Counted from the first letter of the stretch, positions 45,999 through 55,707 are shown. The stretch: DNA of 64,000 nt from Candidatus Brocadiia bacterium (GCA_050015075.1 JBEKCB010000006.1:15811-79810), one strand, 5' to 3'. A program made the numbers and translations. Notes: generated by a model from the sequence alone, not told the origin.

Positions 45999-47159
45999 TC
46001 AGCCGATGGCCTCGCGGATGCGGTGCAGGGCGTGGCGGATTTTGTCGAGCGACGTCGCGTACGAAAGGCGCAGGAACCCTTCGCCGTATTTCCCGAACGC
46101 CGTCCCGGCGAGCGTCGCCACGCTGCCCTGGTAGAGTAATTTGTCGGCCAGCTCGCGCGAGGTGACGCCCAGTTCGCTGATGTTCGGGAAGACGTAGAAC
46201 GCCCCGTGCGGCATGCAGCAATGGATGCCGGGGATGTCGTTCAGGCCCCGCACGATCGCGTCGCGCCGGCGACGGAATTCCTCCACCATCTTGCGAGCTT
46301 CGCCCTGGTCGCCCGTCAGCGCGGCGATGCCGGCCATCTGCGTGAAAGCCGCGGTGCACGAGTTGCTGTTGCTGATCAGGCGGCTGGTCCAGGCGGCCAG
46401 CTCGCGGCGCATCACGCCGTAGCCGAGGCGCCAGCCGGTCATGGCGTACGTCTTCGAGAACCCGTCGAGGATGACCGTGCGCTCCTGCATGCCGGGCAGC
46501 GAGGCGATGCTGACGCTCTCGCCCTCGTACAGAATCCGCGAGTAGATTTCGTCCGAGAGGACATAGCAGTCGTGTTCCTGCGCCTCGGCGGCCACGACCT
46601 CGAGGTCGGCCCGAGTCAAGACGCCGCCGCACGGATTCCCCGGCGAATTGAGGATGATCAGCTTGGTTCGCGGGGTCATGAGCGACCGGAATTCGTCCGG
46701 GTCAAAGCTGAACTGGCGCTCTTCGCGGAGCCGCATCGGCACGGGAACGCCGCCCACGAAGTTGATCATGCTTTCGTAGATCGGGAATCCCGGGTTCGGA
46801 TAGATCACTTCGTCTCCGGGATTGAGGAGCGCCATGATCGTGAAGAAAATGATCATTTTGCCGCCGGGGACGACGACGATGTTCTCCGCGGTCACCGGGA
46901 TCCCGCGCGTCCGGGCCACTTCTTCGGCGATGGCGCGCCGCAGCGCCGGGAGGCCGGCGGCGGGCGTGTAATGCGTGTAGCCTTCGTCGAGCGCGCGCTG
47001 GGCGGCATGCCGGATGTCGGAGGGCGTGTCGAAATCGGGTTCGCCGATTTCCATGTGGATGATTCTCGCGCCTTGGGACTCCAGCGCTCGCGCGCGCGCC
47101 AGGACGTCAAACGCCGTTTCCGTGCCCAGTTTTCGCAAACGGTCGGCAAATGGCTTCAT
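45999..47159 (-). CDS. class I/II PLP-dependent aminotransferase (aspartate/aromatic aminotransferase-like)
   Basis: ATG 47159 with a GGAGGG SD. MEIGEPDFDTP, YTPAAGLPALRRAIA, PNPGFPIY and SKTYAMTGWRLGY (PLP lysine motif) are all present. Confidence 0.85.
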   Translation of the reverse strand: MKPFADRLRKLGTETAFDVLARARALESQGARIIHMEIGEPDFDTPSDIRHAAQRALDEGYTHYTPAAGLPALRRAIAEEVARTRGIPVTAENIVVVPGGKMIIFFTIMALLNPGDEVIYPNPGFPIYESMINFVGGVPVPMRLREERQFSFDPDEFRSLMTPRTKLIILNSPGNPCGGVLTRADLEVVAAEAQEHDCYVLSDEIYSRILYEGESVSIASLPGMQERTVILDGFSKTYAMTGWRLGYGVMRRELAAWTSRLISNSNSCTAAFTQMAGIAALTGDQGEARKMVEEFRRRRDAIVRGLNDIPGIHCCMPHGAFYVFPNISELGVTSRELADKLLYQGSVATLAGTAFGKYGEGFLRLSYATSLDKIRHALHRIREAIG

Positions 47160-47299
47160 GGCCGCCCTCCAGTCCACCCGTTACCGACTTATGTATAACG
47201 AACTGGGCGGCGAGGAGTCAATGCCAATCTTCGGGCCAGAGAGAATGGATGAGAGCGGGCGGCTTGAGGAGGGTTCGAGCTTCGGTATTTTCCGTGCGG

Positions 47300-47668
47300 C
47301 TAATTCCGCATGACCTTGACGGTTTCATGCAGCACGGTCTCGGGATCGAGGTCGCTCAGAATGAATTTCGAGACGCCCGCGCGGCGCGCCTCTTTCGAGA
47401 GTCCCTTGACCTTGGGAGCGTTGAACATCACGACCGGAACGTGCGGATCGGATTTCTTCAGGCTTTTGACGAGTTCCCAATCTTCCCCGTGACCGACCTT
47501 CGCGCTGAGGATGACGACGCTCATGTACCGTTCCGCGATGATGGCAAGGCCGACGGTCCCGGAGAGGGCAATTTCCGCCTCGTAGCCGGATTGAACAAAT
47601 TGCTCTTGCAATCTGTCCACCGTACGCCGATCCTCGTCAATGATCAGAACTCTGCGCCGGGTGATCAA
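47300..47668 (-). CDS. atypical (pseudo-)receiver domain protein
   Basis: REC-like layout: RVLIIDEDRR...VVILSAKVG...VVMFNAP...SKFILSD. The expected phospho-acceptor Asp position reads Ser. The best start is TTG 47668 with a GGAGG SD 5 nt upstream; the track start 47773 and ATG 47746 lack an SD. Confidence 0.5.
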   Translation of the reverse strand: MITRRRVLIIDEDRRTVDRLQEQFVQSGYEAEIALSGTVGLAIIAERYMSVVILSAKVGHGEDWELVKSLKKSDPHVPVVMFNAPKVKGLSKEARRAGVSKFILSDLDPETVLHETVKVMRN

Positions 47669-47989
47669 ACGAACCTCCGGAAGAGAACATAACCTTCGAC
47701 GGACGCCCACAGAACCCCTATCTCTGTAGGAATTTACATGACGCATTGTATCAGGAAGAGGTTGCCCTGTCAATCATTTTTTTGTGGCTCGACTACAAAA
47801 ACGCTGGACTCAGTTGTAAGGCGCGTTGTACCGGCATGTTATGATACGGCGCTTTTCGAATCCAACGGCATGGATCTTGCTGGCGCGGCCAGTTATTTCG
47901 TCTCGAAAGATCCTTTTTCGTCGCCAGGAGATTTTCGGTTCGAAGGAACACAGGGAAGCTACCGAGTCATAAATGGAACAGGCTTCGCT

Positions 47990-49102
47990 TCAAAATGGAA
48001 CAACATTTTTCTCAGCACTTTTCTTTTCGTAAAGCAATTCATTTTTTTCGACCATCGTCTTGACCGAGAATTCGCGCTCAACGCGCTCACGCGCGGCCGC
48101 ACCGAGTCGCCGGCGCAGCGCCGCATCGCGCAGAAGCCGCAGGATGCGCTCCGCCAGCGCGGCTTCGTCGGCGGGCGGCACAAGGAATCCGGTTTCGCCT
48201 TCGACAATCAGTTCCGCGCAGCCGCCTACATTCGTGGCCACCGCGGGCTTCCCGCAGGCCATAGCCTCAAGGATCGCATTGGGCATTCCTTCCCAGGACG
48301 ATGGCAGCGCGATGAGGTCCATCCTCGCGAGGAGCGGCCGAGTGTCGGACAGCCATCCCAACCAGCGTACGCTGCTCGAGAGGCCCAGCCGGTCAGCTTC
48401 CGCCCTGCACTGCGTTTCCAGCCGCCCGGTTCCGGCGAAGGCGAATACCGTTTGCGGGGCCTCGCGCACCACTCGCGCCGCGGCCCGCAGAAGCAAGAGC
48501 GGGTTCTTCTGCCGGTCCAGCCGTCCGACAAAAGCCACCATCAGCACGCCTTCCGGCAGGCGCCACTCCGGCGGCGGCGCCAGCACCGGAGCATCGCAAT
48601 CGGATGGGTCCACGCCGTTCGGCACCACCACCAGCTTGTGCATCGGCACATGCGCGCGCCGATGGGTGTATTGCCGCGCCGATTCCGAAACACACGTGAA
48701 GACGTCCGTCAGCCGCTGCGTCAGGAATTCGACCCAAACGTGCCGGAGCCGTGGCTCCTCGACCCGGATGGACGCTATTTTTGTGCCGATTCCCGACCGG
48801 ATTGCGACCAGACTGCCGACAAAGTTGGCATGGAACAGGAATGTGTGCAGCACATGCGGCCGGTTCGCGCGCAGCGCCCGGCGCAGCCGCAGCCACGCGC
48901 CGAGATCCCACCAGCCGCGCATGTCAATCGGGATGACTTCGATCCCTTTTTCCTTGAGCCGACCGAAGATCGGGCCGCGGCCGGAGAGGCATGCGACGAT
49001 CGGCTCGAACCTCCGCCGGTCCAGGCGCGTGGCCAGCTCGTACAGCGCCTTCTCCGCGCCGCCGATTTCCAGTTCCGTAATGAGATAGAAAATCCTTCGC
49101 AT
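47990..49102 (-). CDS. GT4-family glycosyltransferase
   Basis: The start MRRIFYLITELEIGGAEK (ATG 49102, GAAAGGG SD) is followed by ...ALPSSWEGMPNAILEAMACGKPAVATNVGG (E-x7-E). The track's N-terminal extension is rejected. Confidence 0.8.
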   Translation of the reverse strand: MRRIFYLITELEIGGAEKALYELATRLDRRRFEPIVACLSGRGPIFGRLKEKGIEVIPIDMRGWWDLGAWLRLRRALRANRPHVLHTFLFHANFVGSLVAIRSGIGTKIASIRVEEPRLRHVWVEFLTQRLTDVFTCVSESARQYTHRRAHVPMHKLVVVPNGVDPSDCDAPVLAPPPEWRLPEGVLMVAFVGRLDRQKNPLLLLRAAARVVREAPQTVFAFAGTGRLETQCRAEADRLGLSSSVRWLGWLSDTRPLLARMDLIALPSSWEGMPNAILEAMACGKPAVATNVGGCAELIVEGETGFLVPPADEAALAERILRLLRDAALRRRLGAAARERVEREFSVKTMVEKNELLYEKKSAEKNVVPF

Positions 49103-49193
49103 GGCTGTACCCTTTCCGCGCCGCCGGAGATTGTAGCAGCCCGCGCCGAGCCGGACAATTGCCAGCGCGCGTCCAGCGGCTATAATAGAGCGC

Positions 49194-50669
49194 GTGCAAG
49201 ACATCATCGAGAAATTCGAGGCGACGATTCGGCGGCATAACCTGCTGCCTGACCGCGGCTGCGTCGTCATGGCGGTCTCCGGCGGGCCGGACTCGTTGGC
49301 GCTGCTCCACCTGATGCGCGAGGTCCGGGACCGGAGCCATCCGCGGCTCGCGCTGCACGTGGGGCATCTGCATCACGGCATGCGCGGCGCGGCGGCGGAC
49401 GAGGACGCGCAGTTCGTCGCGTCGGAGGCCGCGCGGCTGGGCGTCGCCTGCACCATCGAACGCACGGACGTGCCGGCCCTGGCCGCCGAGCGCCGGCTGG
49501 GAATCGAGGTCGCCGGCCGCGAGGCGCGCTATGAATTCCTGACGCGGCTGGCGAAATCGCTCGGCGCGCGCGACATCGCCTTCGGACACCAGGCGGACGA
49601 CCAGGCCGAAACGGTCCTCATGCGCGTGATGCGAGGCGCGGGTCAGCGCGGGATGGGCGGCATCCCTTATGTCCGCCCGGTCGCCGACGCGCCCGGGATC
49701 CGCGTCGTCCGTCCCCTGCTCGACTGCTCCCGGCGCGAAATCGTTCAATTCCTCCGCCGGCGCGGACTGCGCTCGCGGCTGGACTCGACGAACCTCTCCC
49801 GGAAATACCTTCGGAATCGCCTGCGCCGCCTCGCCATTCCCGAAATGAAGCGCGACTGGGGCGGGCGGCTGACGCCGGACCTCTGCTCGCTCGCGGCCCT
49901 CGCGCAGAGATTCCAGGCGCGGTCGGACGCGATTCGAGCGGCGCTCCAGTCGCAGAACTCCGTGCGCGTGACGAACGGGTACGTCGAGACGGAGTCCGCC
50001 TGGCTGCGCCGCATCCCGCCGGCGATGCTGCCGGACCTGGTTCAAGCCTGGATGAAAGAGGCTGATCTGTGGCGGAAGATGCTGTCGGCCGGCGAGTACG
50101 AGCGAATCGCCGCACTACTCGCTCGCGGCCGCGGGCGCGTCGCCCTCTCCGGCGCCGTGCTGGCCTGCGTCTGGCGGCGATTATTCATCCTCTGCCCCGC
50201 GCCTGCTGCGGCGCGCGACCGCCGCAGCCCTGAGCGCAGTCGAAGGGCCGGATCGTCCGAGATGGAGTATCGCGTCCAACTCAATGTGCCGGGCCGCACG
50301 CGCATCGAGCCGCTGGGCGGCATCATCGAGGCGGAAATTCTCGAAGCGGGAAAGGAACTGATCGCCCGCAATCGAGCGACGCGGGACGGATTCGAAGAAT
50401 TCCTCGACATGGAGAACGTGGAACTGCCGCTAGTCGTGCGTTTCCCGCGTCCCGGAGACCGCATGCGGCCGCTGGGCGCGCCGGGCAGCCGAAAACTTCA
50501 AGATATTTTCACCGACCTTCACGTACCGCCGTGGCTCCGAACGCGGACCCTTCTCGTCACCGTCGAGGATCGCCCGATCTGGATCGTAGGCCGCCGCATC
50601 GCCGACGCCGTGAAGCTCACGGATGGAACGCGCAAAGTCCTGCGGCTGAAATTCGTACCGAAAGGATGA
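49194..50669 (+). CDS. tilS: tRNA(Ile)-lysidine synthetase
   Basis: 491 aa with the PP-loop VMAVSGGPDSLALL, then GHQADDQAETVLMRVMRG, and a C-terminal domain ...LQDIFTDLHVPPWLR. Confidence 0.85.
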   Translation: MQDIIEKFEATIRRHNLLPDRGCVVMAVSGGPDSLALLHLMREVRDRSHPRLALHVGHLHHGMRGAAADEDAQFVASEAARLGVACTIERTDVPALAAERRLGIEVAGREARYEFLTRLAKSLGARDIAFGHQADDQAETVLMRVMRGAGQRGMGGIPYVRPVADAPGIRVVRPLLDCSRREIVQFLRRRGLRSRLDSTNLSRKYLRNRLRRLAIPEMKRDWGGRLTPDLCSLAALAQRFQARSDAIRAALQSQNSVRVTNGYVETESAWLRRIPPAMLPDLVQAWMKEADLWRKMLSAGEYERIAALLARGRGRVALSGAVLACVWRRLFILCPAPAAARDRRSPERSRRAGSSEMEYRVQLNVPGRTRIEPLGGIIEAEILEAGKELIARNRATRDGFEEFLDMENVELPLVVRFPRPGDRMRPLGAPGSRKLQDIFTDLHVPPWLRTRTLLVTVEDRPIWIVGRRIADAVKLTDGTRKVLRLKFVPKG

Positions 50670-50755
50670 ATTTGTTTCTCACCACCACCGGCGCTGCAAG
50701 AGCAAGCAGCACCTTGATATCCGTCAGAGAATGCATATCATGACGCCATAAGGGT

Positions 50756-51199
50756 ATGGGACATTCAAATAATTATCCGTTGCACAGAGGGATGGGACTT
50801 CGATGCCTGAACCATGGTCAACGATCTCGTGGGGGCGGCTGTCTGGCACTTCTGGGAGTTTCTGTTCTGCTCCTGATTTACGGTGCTTTTCGGTATTACA
50901 GTATGACATTGGGCCTCCTGTGTTTGGCCCTTGTCGTATGGCCCTTAGCCGGTGAGTTCATCGAGCTTTGGGCGCGGCTTTACGTCCGAGAATCTATGCA
51001 TTTCGGCCAAACCAATTTCCTCGGCATTTGGCAAGAAACGCCCGGTACATTCCTAACAAAGGTTGCGGTTGTGGTCTGGATAATTCAGGCGCTGTTGGTT
51101 CTGGCCGCATCCATATCCGCGGTGAGATTGGTTCGCAAAGAGAAGGATAATACCGTTTCCCGGAAGTACGATGGGTTTAGCAGCCACGAGGATTGCTAA
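50756..51199 (+). CDS. hypothetical small membrane protein (start uncertain)
   Basis: 147 aa with 3-4 hydrophobic segments, in a visibly A+T-richer patch. No family recognised. Confidence 0.3.
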   Translation: MGHSNNYPLHRGMGLRCLNHGQRSRGGGCLALLGVSVLLLIYGAFRYYSMTLGLLCLALVVWPLAGEFIELWARLYVRESMHFGQTNFLGIWQETPGTFLTKVAVVVWIIQALLVLAASISAVRLVRKEKDNTVSRKYDGFSSHEDC

Positions 51200-51430
51200 C
51201 GGGCATCTGTAGAGCAGATGCATAGCCGTTTCACCGAATGTTCCGCAAAGGCATTCAGTCCCCCGATTTTCCACTCCGTCACGGTGTCTAACCCACGCGC
51301 GTGATCCACGGTATTGGACGCATGAGGTGAAAATGACACACCGCAAGGAATTCTTGCGCCCGACCGCGCTGTTCAATGCCATCGGAACTGCATTTCAGCG
51401 CGGCCCGGTCTATAAACTCATGTTTCCTTT

Positions 51431-52669
51431 TTACTTGACCTGATACAGATGCACATCCCACTCGTTGAACTGGTCCCGGAACGTGCCGACCGTCGCGCTG
51501 ACGATGCGGCCTTCGCCGAGCACTTCGATCTGCGCGTAGCGGCGAAGACCGGCCAGGGTGAACGTGACGTCCGTGACGCCGGGCTGCGTCGCGACGGCAA
51601 AAACATAGGTCCTGCCGCGGCACTTCTTCACCATCGCCGCCACCGGCACGCTCGCATTCGAGGATTCCACCGTGAGCGCGCCGAGGACCGTGGGGCTGTT
51701 CAACACCGGCGCCAGTTGCATAATCTGGTGGTTGATCGCCGTGACGGCGGCCAGGTTCACCGGATCGTCCAGCAGGGCATGGTCGTCGAACGTGGGCAGG
51801 AACTGATGGACGAAATAAATGAGTCCCCTGCTTCCATTGACGAGGGACATCCAGACTTCCGCCCGGATCTCCTGGGGCGTGGCTTTGCCGGTCCCATTGA
51901 TGTCCGTGCACTCGATGCAGTTCCAGACGGGTTTCGTTCCCCCGGAGTACGTGACCAGCCGCTCGACGCCCTGGCCGACGAGATAGAGCTGGCCGTTGAC
52001 CGCAGGGTCGTCGTCCGCCACGGGGTAGATGTCGAATGAGGCGACATCGCATCCCTCGCAGTACAGGGGATAGTCCTCGTCGTGTCCGGTGCGCGTGCCG
52101 CGGCCGATGTAGCCGTCCCAGGCCACCCCTTGGCCGAGATTGAGGAACACCGGCCGGGTGGGATCCGCGGCGCAGAGCTGTTCGTATTCGGCAAGGATCG
52201 TGGAGGGCAATACGGGCGGCCCGTAACCATCGCCGGACGGAAGCTCCTGAGCGTTGTCCGGCTCATCGGGGTCTATCGTCCAGCCGACGATGGTCGGATC
52301 CATCAGATGGGCCAGCCCGACGTCGTTCTGGTCGCAGATGACCGGCATTCCGTATTGGGCCAGTTGCGTGAGCTGGTCCTCGGTCGGTCCTTGCCACAGG
52401 CCGAGGTAAAGGTTGATTCCCGCCTGCTGGTAACCGGGCGCCCAACTTGGATCCTGCAGCCAGACGGCGATGGGGAAGTACGTTTCGCTCTTCGGCAGCC
52501 CGTACTGCCACTGCTCATAAGCCCGGACAGCGATGGGGAAGTACATATTGCTCTTCGTCGGCCCGCTCTTCGACTGCGCATAAGGGGCGAGTTTCGTATT
52601 ATCGCCGCCGAGCGCAAGCGTCCCGGCCAGCAACAAAGCTCCCGCTGCGAGAAGTCTCGGCCATGTCAT
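51431..52669 (-). CDS. secreted hypothetical protein (possible glycoside-hydrolase-like TIM barrel)
   Basis: ATG 52669 with a GAGGAGGAG SD. Signal peptide MTWPRLLAAGALLLAGTLALG. It contains an internal 21-aa duplication (..MYFPIAV.. / ..TYFPIAV..). No firm family assignment. Confidence 0.45.
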   Translation of the reverse strand: MTWPRLLAAGALLLAGTLALGGDNTKLAPYAQSKSGPTKSNMYFPIAVRAYEQWQYGLPKSETYFPIAVWLQDPSWAPGYQQAGINLYLGLWQGPTEDQLTQLAQYGMPVICDQNDVGLAHLMDPTIVGWTIDPDEPDNAQELPSGDGYGPPVLPSTILAEYEQLCAADPTRPVFLNLGQGVAWDGYIGRGTRTGHDEDYPLYCEGCDVASFDIYPVADDDPAVNGQLYLVGQGVERLVTYSGGTKPVWNCIECTDINGTGKATPQEIRAEVWMSLVNGSRGLIYFVHQFLPTFDDHALLDDPVNLAAVTAINHQIMQLAPVLNSPTVLGALTVESSNASVPVAAMVKKCRGRTYVFAVATQPGVTDVTFTLAGLRRYAQIEVLGEGRIVSATVGTFRDQFNEWDVHLYQVK

Positions 52670-52903
52670 CGCCGCTCCTCCTCTTCCAAGGCCGACCCGC
52701 TCCGGCAACCAGTTTCCAAATGGAGCAGTCTACGGGATTTCTCATTTAGCCGCCCTTCCTGGGGCCGCCGCGTTTCCCACGTGGTACTGTAGTCCTCGAA
52801 GTGGACCCTGTCAACTCCACCCCCGGTGACTTTCCGGCCTTGGAGGGCCCTCGACGACCCTGAGCCTGTCGAAGGGCTGCGCTCAGCATGGCGCGGGTTT
52901 TAC

Positions 52904-53845
52904 TTATGTGGGCGAAAGTGAATCAGATAGCCTTTTCACCAAGTGTTCCTCAAAGGCATTCAGTCCGCCGCTCTTCCACTCCGTCGCAACGTTCATCTTC
53001 TTCGCGTTCGCATCTTCCAGGGTAAAACCCCATTTGGTTCTGATGCCGATGCACTCCAGCTTCAACCATTTGTCGGCGAAGGCAAGGTATATGGCAACGG
53101 TGTCGAAGAGGACTGAACTCGTCTGTTTCGCTTGTTTCTCCCAGACGGTGCCTTTTGACCAGCGCTGGTAACTCTTGATCAGCTCCTGCGTCAATGGGTC
53201 CTTGCTTGCTAATACCTTCTTGAACTTCTCACCTGCGAGCCGGACTACGCCGCAGGTATCCACCGGCGTTACGGTCATGTCCCATGCGGCTTGGAAAACT
53301 CTTGCGGCATCGTAGGCGTACGCGACTACGTTGTACTCTTCGTCCACCCTGCCGGCGAGCCCGTTGTAGCCCTTGCGCACGCTTCCCTGCATGCCGACGA
53401 ACCTTGCCTTCCGCGCGATGCGCGGCTCGACATAGAGCGCCCTGGCGATATTCGGCGTCGGGCCGATGGAGATCAGCGTGACCTTTTCCTTCGAGCGCAT
53501 GATGGTCTCGATCATCGCTCGCACGCCGTCCTGCATGACTCTGCCGGGATAATGCGCACGGTTCGACCCTGAGCTCACCGCCGAAGGGAGGTCAAGTTCG
53601 TTCGCGTAATCGTACAGCGTCTCTTTCACCGCGCCGAGAGGGATGCCGATGCCGATCGGCACGTCGGTCCTTCCTCCGGCCTTGAGCAACCTGGCGCAGA
53701 GTTTCGCGCGGTAGGTCGTGTCGCCTGTCGCCGTGGTGATGAGCTTCACGTCCAGCTCGGGGCACTTGAGCATATAGGCAATCGCCCAGGAATCGTCAAT
53801 GTCGGTTCCAAGGTCCGTGTCGAGAATTACGGGTATCTTTTTCAT
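52904..53845 (-). CDS. nucleoside hydrolase (IUNH family)
   Basis: MKKIPVILDTDLGTDIDDSWAI is the DxDxxxDD fingerprint. ATG at 53845. Confidence 0.75.
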   Translation of the reverse strand: MKKIPVILDTDLGTDIDDSWAIAYMLKCPELDVKLITTATGDTTYRAKLCARLLKAGGRTDVPIGIGIPLGAVKETLYDYANELDLPSAVSSGSNRAHYPGRVMQDGVRAMIETIMRSKEKVTLISIGPTPNIARALYVEPRIARKARFVGMQGSVRKGYNGLAGRVDEEYNVVAYAYDAARVFQAAWDMTVTPVDTCGVVRLAGEKFKKVLASKDPLTQELIKSYQRWSKGTVWEKQAKQTSSVLFDTVAIYLAFADKWLKLECIGIRTKWGFTLEDANAKKMNVATEWKSGGLNAFEEHLVKRLSDSLSPT

Positions 53846-53919
53846 GGTCAGTTCTCTGCTTGTAGTGGCGTCGTCAGGCGTTACTTCGTATGCCCTGACG
53901 GGCACACAACGAGCGGCTT

Positions 53920-54135
53920 CTAATCACCGGTCTTTGCAGAGGGCATGTACAGCCACAGGAAGATGTAGGCGATCAGGCCGATTCCGCCTGCGAACAGAAA
54001 AGTTAGAAACAGGACGCGCCATAACCACGAAGGAAGAGGAGTATATTCTCCGAATCCTCCGCAGATTCCGCCCAGCCTTGCGTCTTTAGATGACTTCCGC
54101 AGATCCCTCCACTTCCATTCGTGCGCCTCGGCCAT
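53920..54135 (-). CDS. PspC-domain membrane protein
   Basis: ATG 54135 with an AAGGAGG SD. LRKSSKDARLGGICGGFGEYTPLPSWLWRVLFLTFLFAGGIGLIAYIFLWLYMP is the PspC pattern. Confidence 0.7.
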   Translation of the reverse strand: MAEAHEWKWRDLRKSSKDARLGGICGGFGEYTPLPSWLWRVLFLTFLFAGGIGLIAYIFLWLYMPSAKTGD

Positions 54136-54266
54136 TGCGTTCCTCCTTAATGCCAATTCCCCAGGCTCCTACGTCGCAACAACTCGTGTATATTGCGAAG
54201 GAGAGCATTTCAATGTGTTCTGCCCACGGAACATGACCCAGAAGTGCGCCGGACAAGCGAGTCGGC

Positions 54267-54800
54267 TCATGGAAGCCCCCAGCGTGACCGTGCCTTCGCA
54301 TAGAGCATCGCGCCGAGGCCGCCAAGAAACAACCCCAGATAGAAGATGCAGAGGATGCCGCTCAGCGTGGGGTTGCTGCCCGAATCGGTCATGAACACAA
54401 TCAAGAATCCTGCCAGCGCGACGATACAGGTCCCGCCACCGAACCGATAGGGACGCTTGATCTCCTTTTGCTTCGATGCGGCTTGAATGCTCTGCACGGT
54501 CGGCGTGCCGCAATGCGGGCAGGCCATTGCCTTTCTTGAGACCCTATGCCCGCATCCGTTACACCAGAGCAGTCCCCTGACCAATACTGCCCTAAGCAGG
54601 ACAAATGCCAATCCGTATGCAGTTCCTACCAATGCTCCAAGCGCGATATCCGTCCTAATGTCAGAGCCGCTTCGTGGTAGGCCTGCCGGCCAAGTGGCTT
54701 GTGGCGAGCGAGTAGACGAAGTCATCAGCTCGGCGGTCGTACCGAGTAAACAACCTATGGCAACCGGCACGAGGAGGCGACGTAGGAACTCGCGCAACAT
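54267..54800 (-). CDS. hypothetical membrane protein with internal zinc-ribbon (CNGCGH...CPHCG)
   Basis: 177 aa with TM segments flanking WCNGCGHRVSRKAMACPHCGTP. Confidence 0.4.
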   Translation of the reverse strand: MLREFLRRLLVPVAIGCLLGTTAELMTSSTRSPQATWPAGLPRSGSDIRTDIALGALVGTAYGLAFVLLRAVLVRGLLWCNGCGHRVSRKAMACPHCGTPTVQSIQAASKQKEIKRPYRFGGGTCIVALAGFLIVFMTDSGSNPTLSGILCIFYLGLFLGGLGAMLYAKARSRWGLP

Positions 54801-55231
54801 TGGATTCCATCCCTAAAGCACGACGGTCATTGCACCATATCATGCACCGATGCGTACCGGCGGAGCTTTATTTCCGGCGGTCTATTCCAAGGACACGCGG
54901 GATTTCCCATTTGACTCCGACTTTCCCATTTGGCCGTTCCTTCGGGGACGGCAGGTTTCCAAACACGACACTGTACCATCGCAACGAGCGCTGTCAAGGC
55001 CGTTTCTGACAGTTTTGCGACCTTGGAGAGCTTTCGGCGACACTAAACAAGTCAAAACCGCAGTCAAAGATGGGGTCGCAGACCTCCGATTATCGCCTCA
55101 TCCAGAGGTCGCTCCTGTCAAACGAACCGGAACCGTCGTTCACCGCTTCCTACGAAGGAGGTTAAGCAATTCGCGCACCAACAAGAGTCAATTGCATCTG
55201 GGAAATCCGGGCTTAAAGGACCGACCTGACG

Positions 55232-55672
55232 CTATTGTCCGCTCACCGCATGGCGGCAGTAAGCATAGAGGGCGTCGTAAACGATGAATTCCTTCGCCAG
55301 GATTTCGTGGTCGTCCTTCAACCCCAGGCCGCTGAATCCTTCGGCCACGGCCTTCAACCCTGCCGACTGAGGCTGGTTCCACAGCGTGTTGTCCGTGTCC
55401 GCGCCGTTGACGATCTTCGCCAGCAGGACGAGCGCCGCGTCTTTGTCAAGCTTGTACTTCTTGACCAGGGCGTCGAAGGTGCATTCCTTCCCGTGATGGC
55501 CCAGTTCCGCGCCCTTCACGTCGAACGGCGTTGCGCCTTCCTGGGCCGCAACCTGAGCGACTTTGTCGGACGGCACGAAGATGAACTGCGCCTGGGGATC
55601 AATGAACTTCCGGATGAGCCACGGACAGGCGACGCGATCCACATGGACGTTTTCGCGCGTGATCCATTTCAT
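55232..55672 (-). CDS. ChrB C-terminal-domain (chromate-resistance) family protein
   Basis: MKWITRENVHVDRVACPWLIRKFIDPQAQFIFV is a typical Chrome_Resist N-terminal signature. AAGGAG SD. Confidence 0.65.
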   Translation of the reverse strand: MKWITRENVHVDRVACPWLIRKFIDPQAQFIFVPSDKVAQVAAQEGATPFDVKGAELGHHGKECTFDALVKKYKLDKDAALVLLAKIVNGADTDNTLWNQPQSAGLKAVAEGFSGLGLKDDHEILAKEFIVYDALYAYCRHAVSGQ

Positions 55673-55707
55673 GATTGCAGACTCCTTTGCTTAGCCCGGG
55701 GCATCCA

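Noticed and set aside
45765-46139. 124-aa plus-strand ORF covering the MITE-like element.
   Set aside because: Its translation (..SSPRHSRESGNPDH...DSRFRGNDK..) is the known spurious reading of the inverted-repeat element. It also runs antisense into the aminotransferase gene.
47973-47987. Sigma54-like -24/-12 element TGGAACAGGCTTCGC, next to a repeated AAATGGAACA.
   Set aside because: It has one mismatch in each half. It also points into the antisense strand of the GT4 gene's 3' end, with no downstream plus-strand gene.
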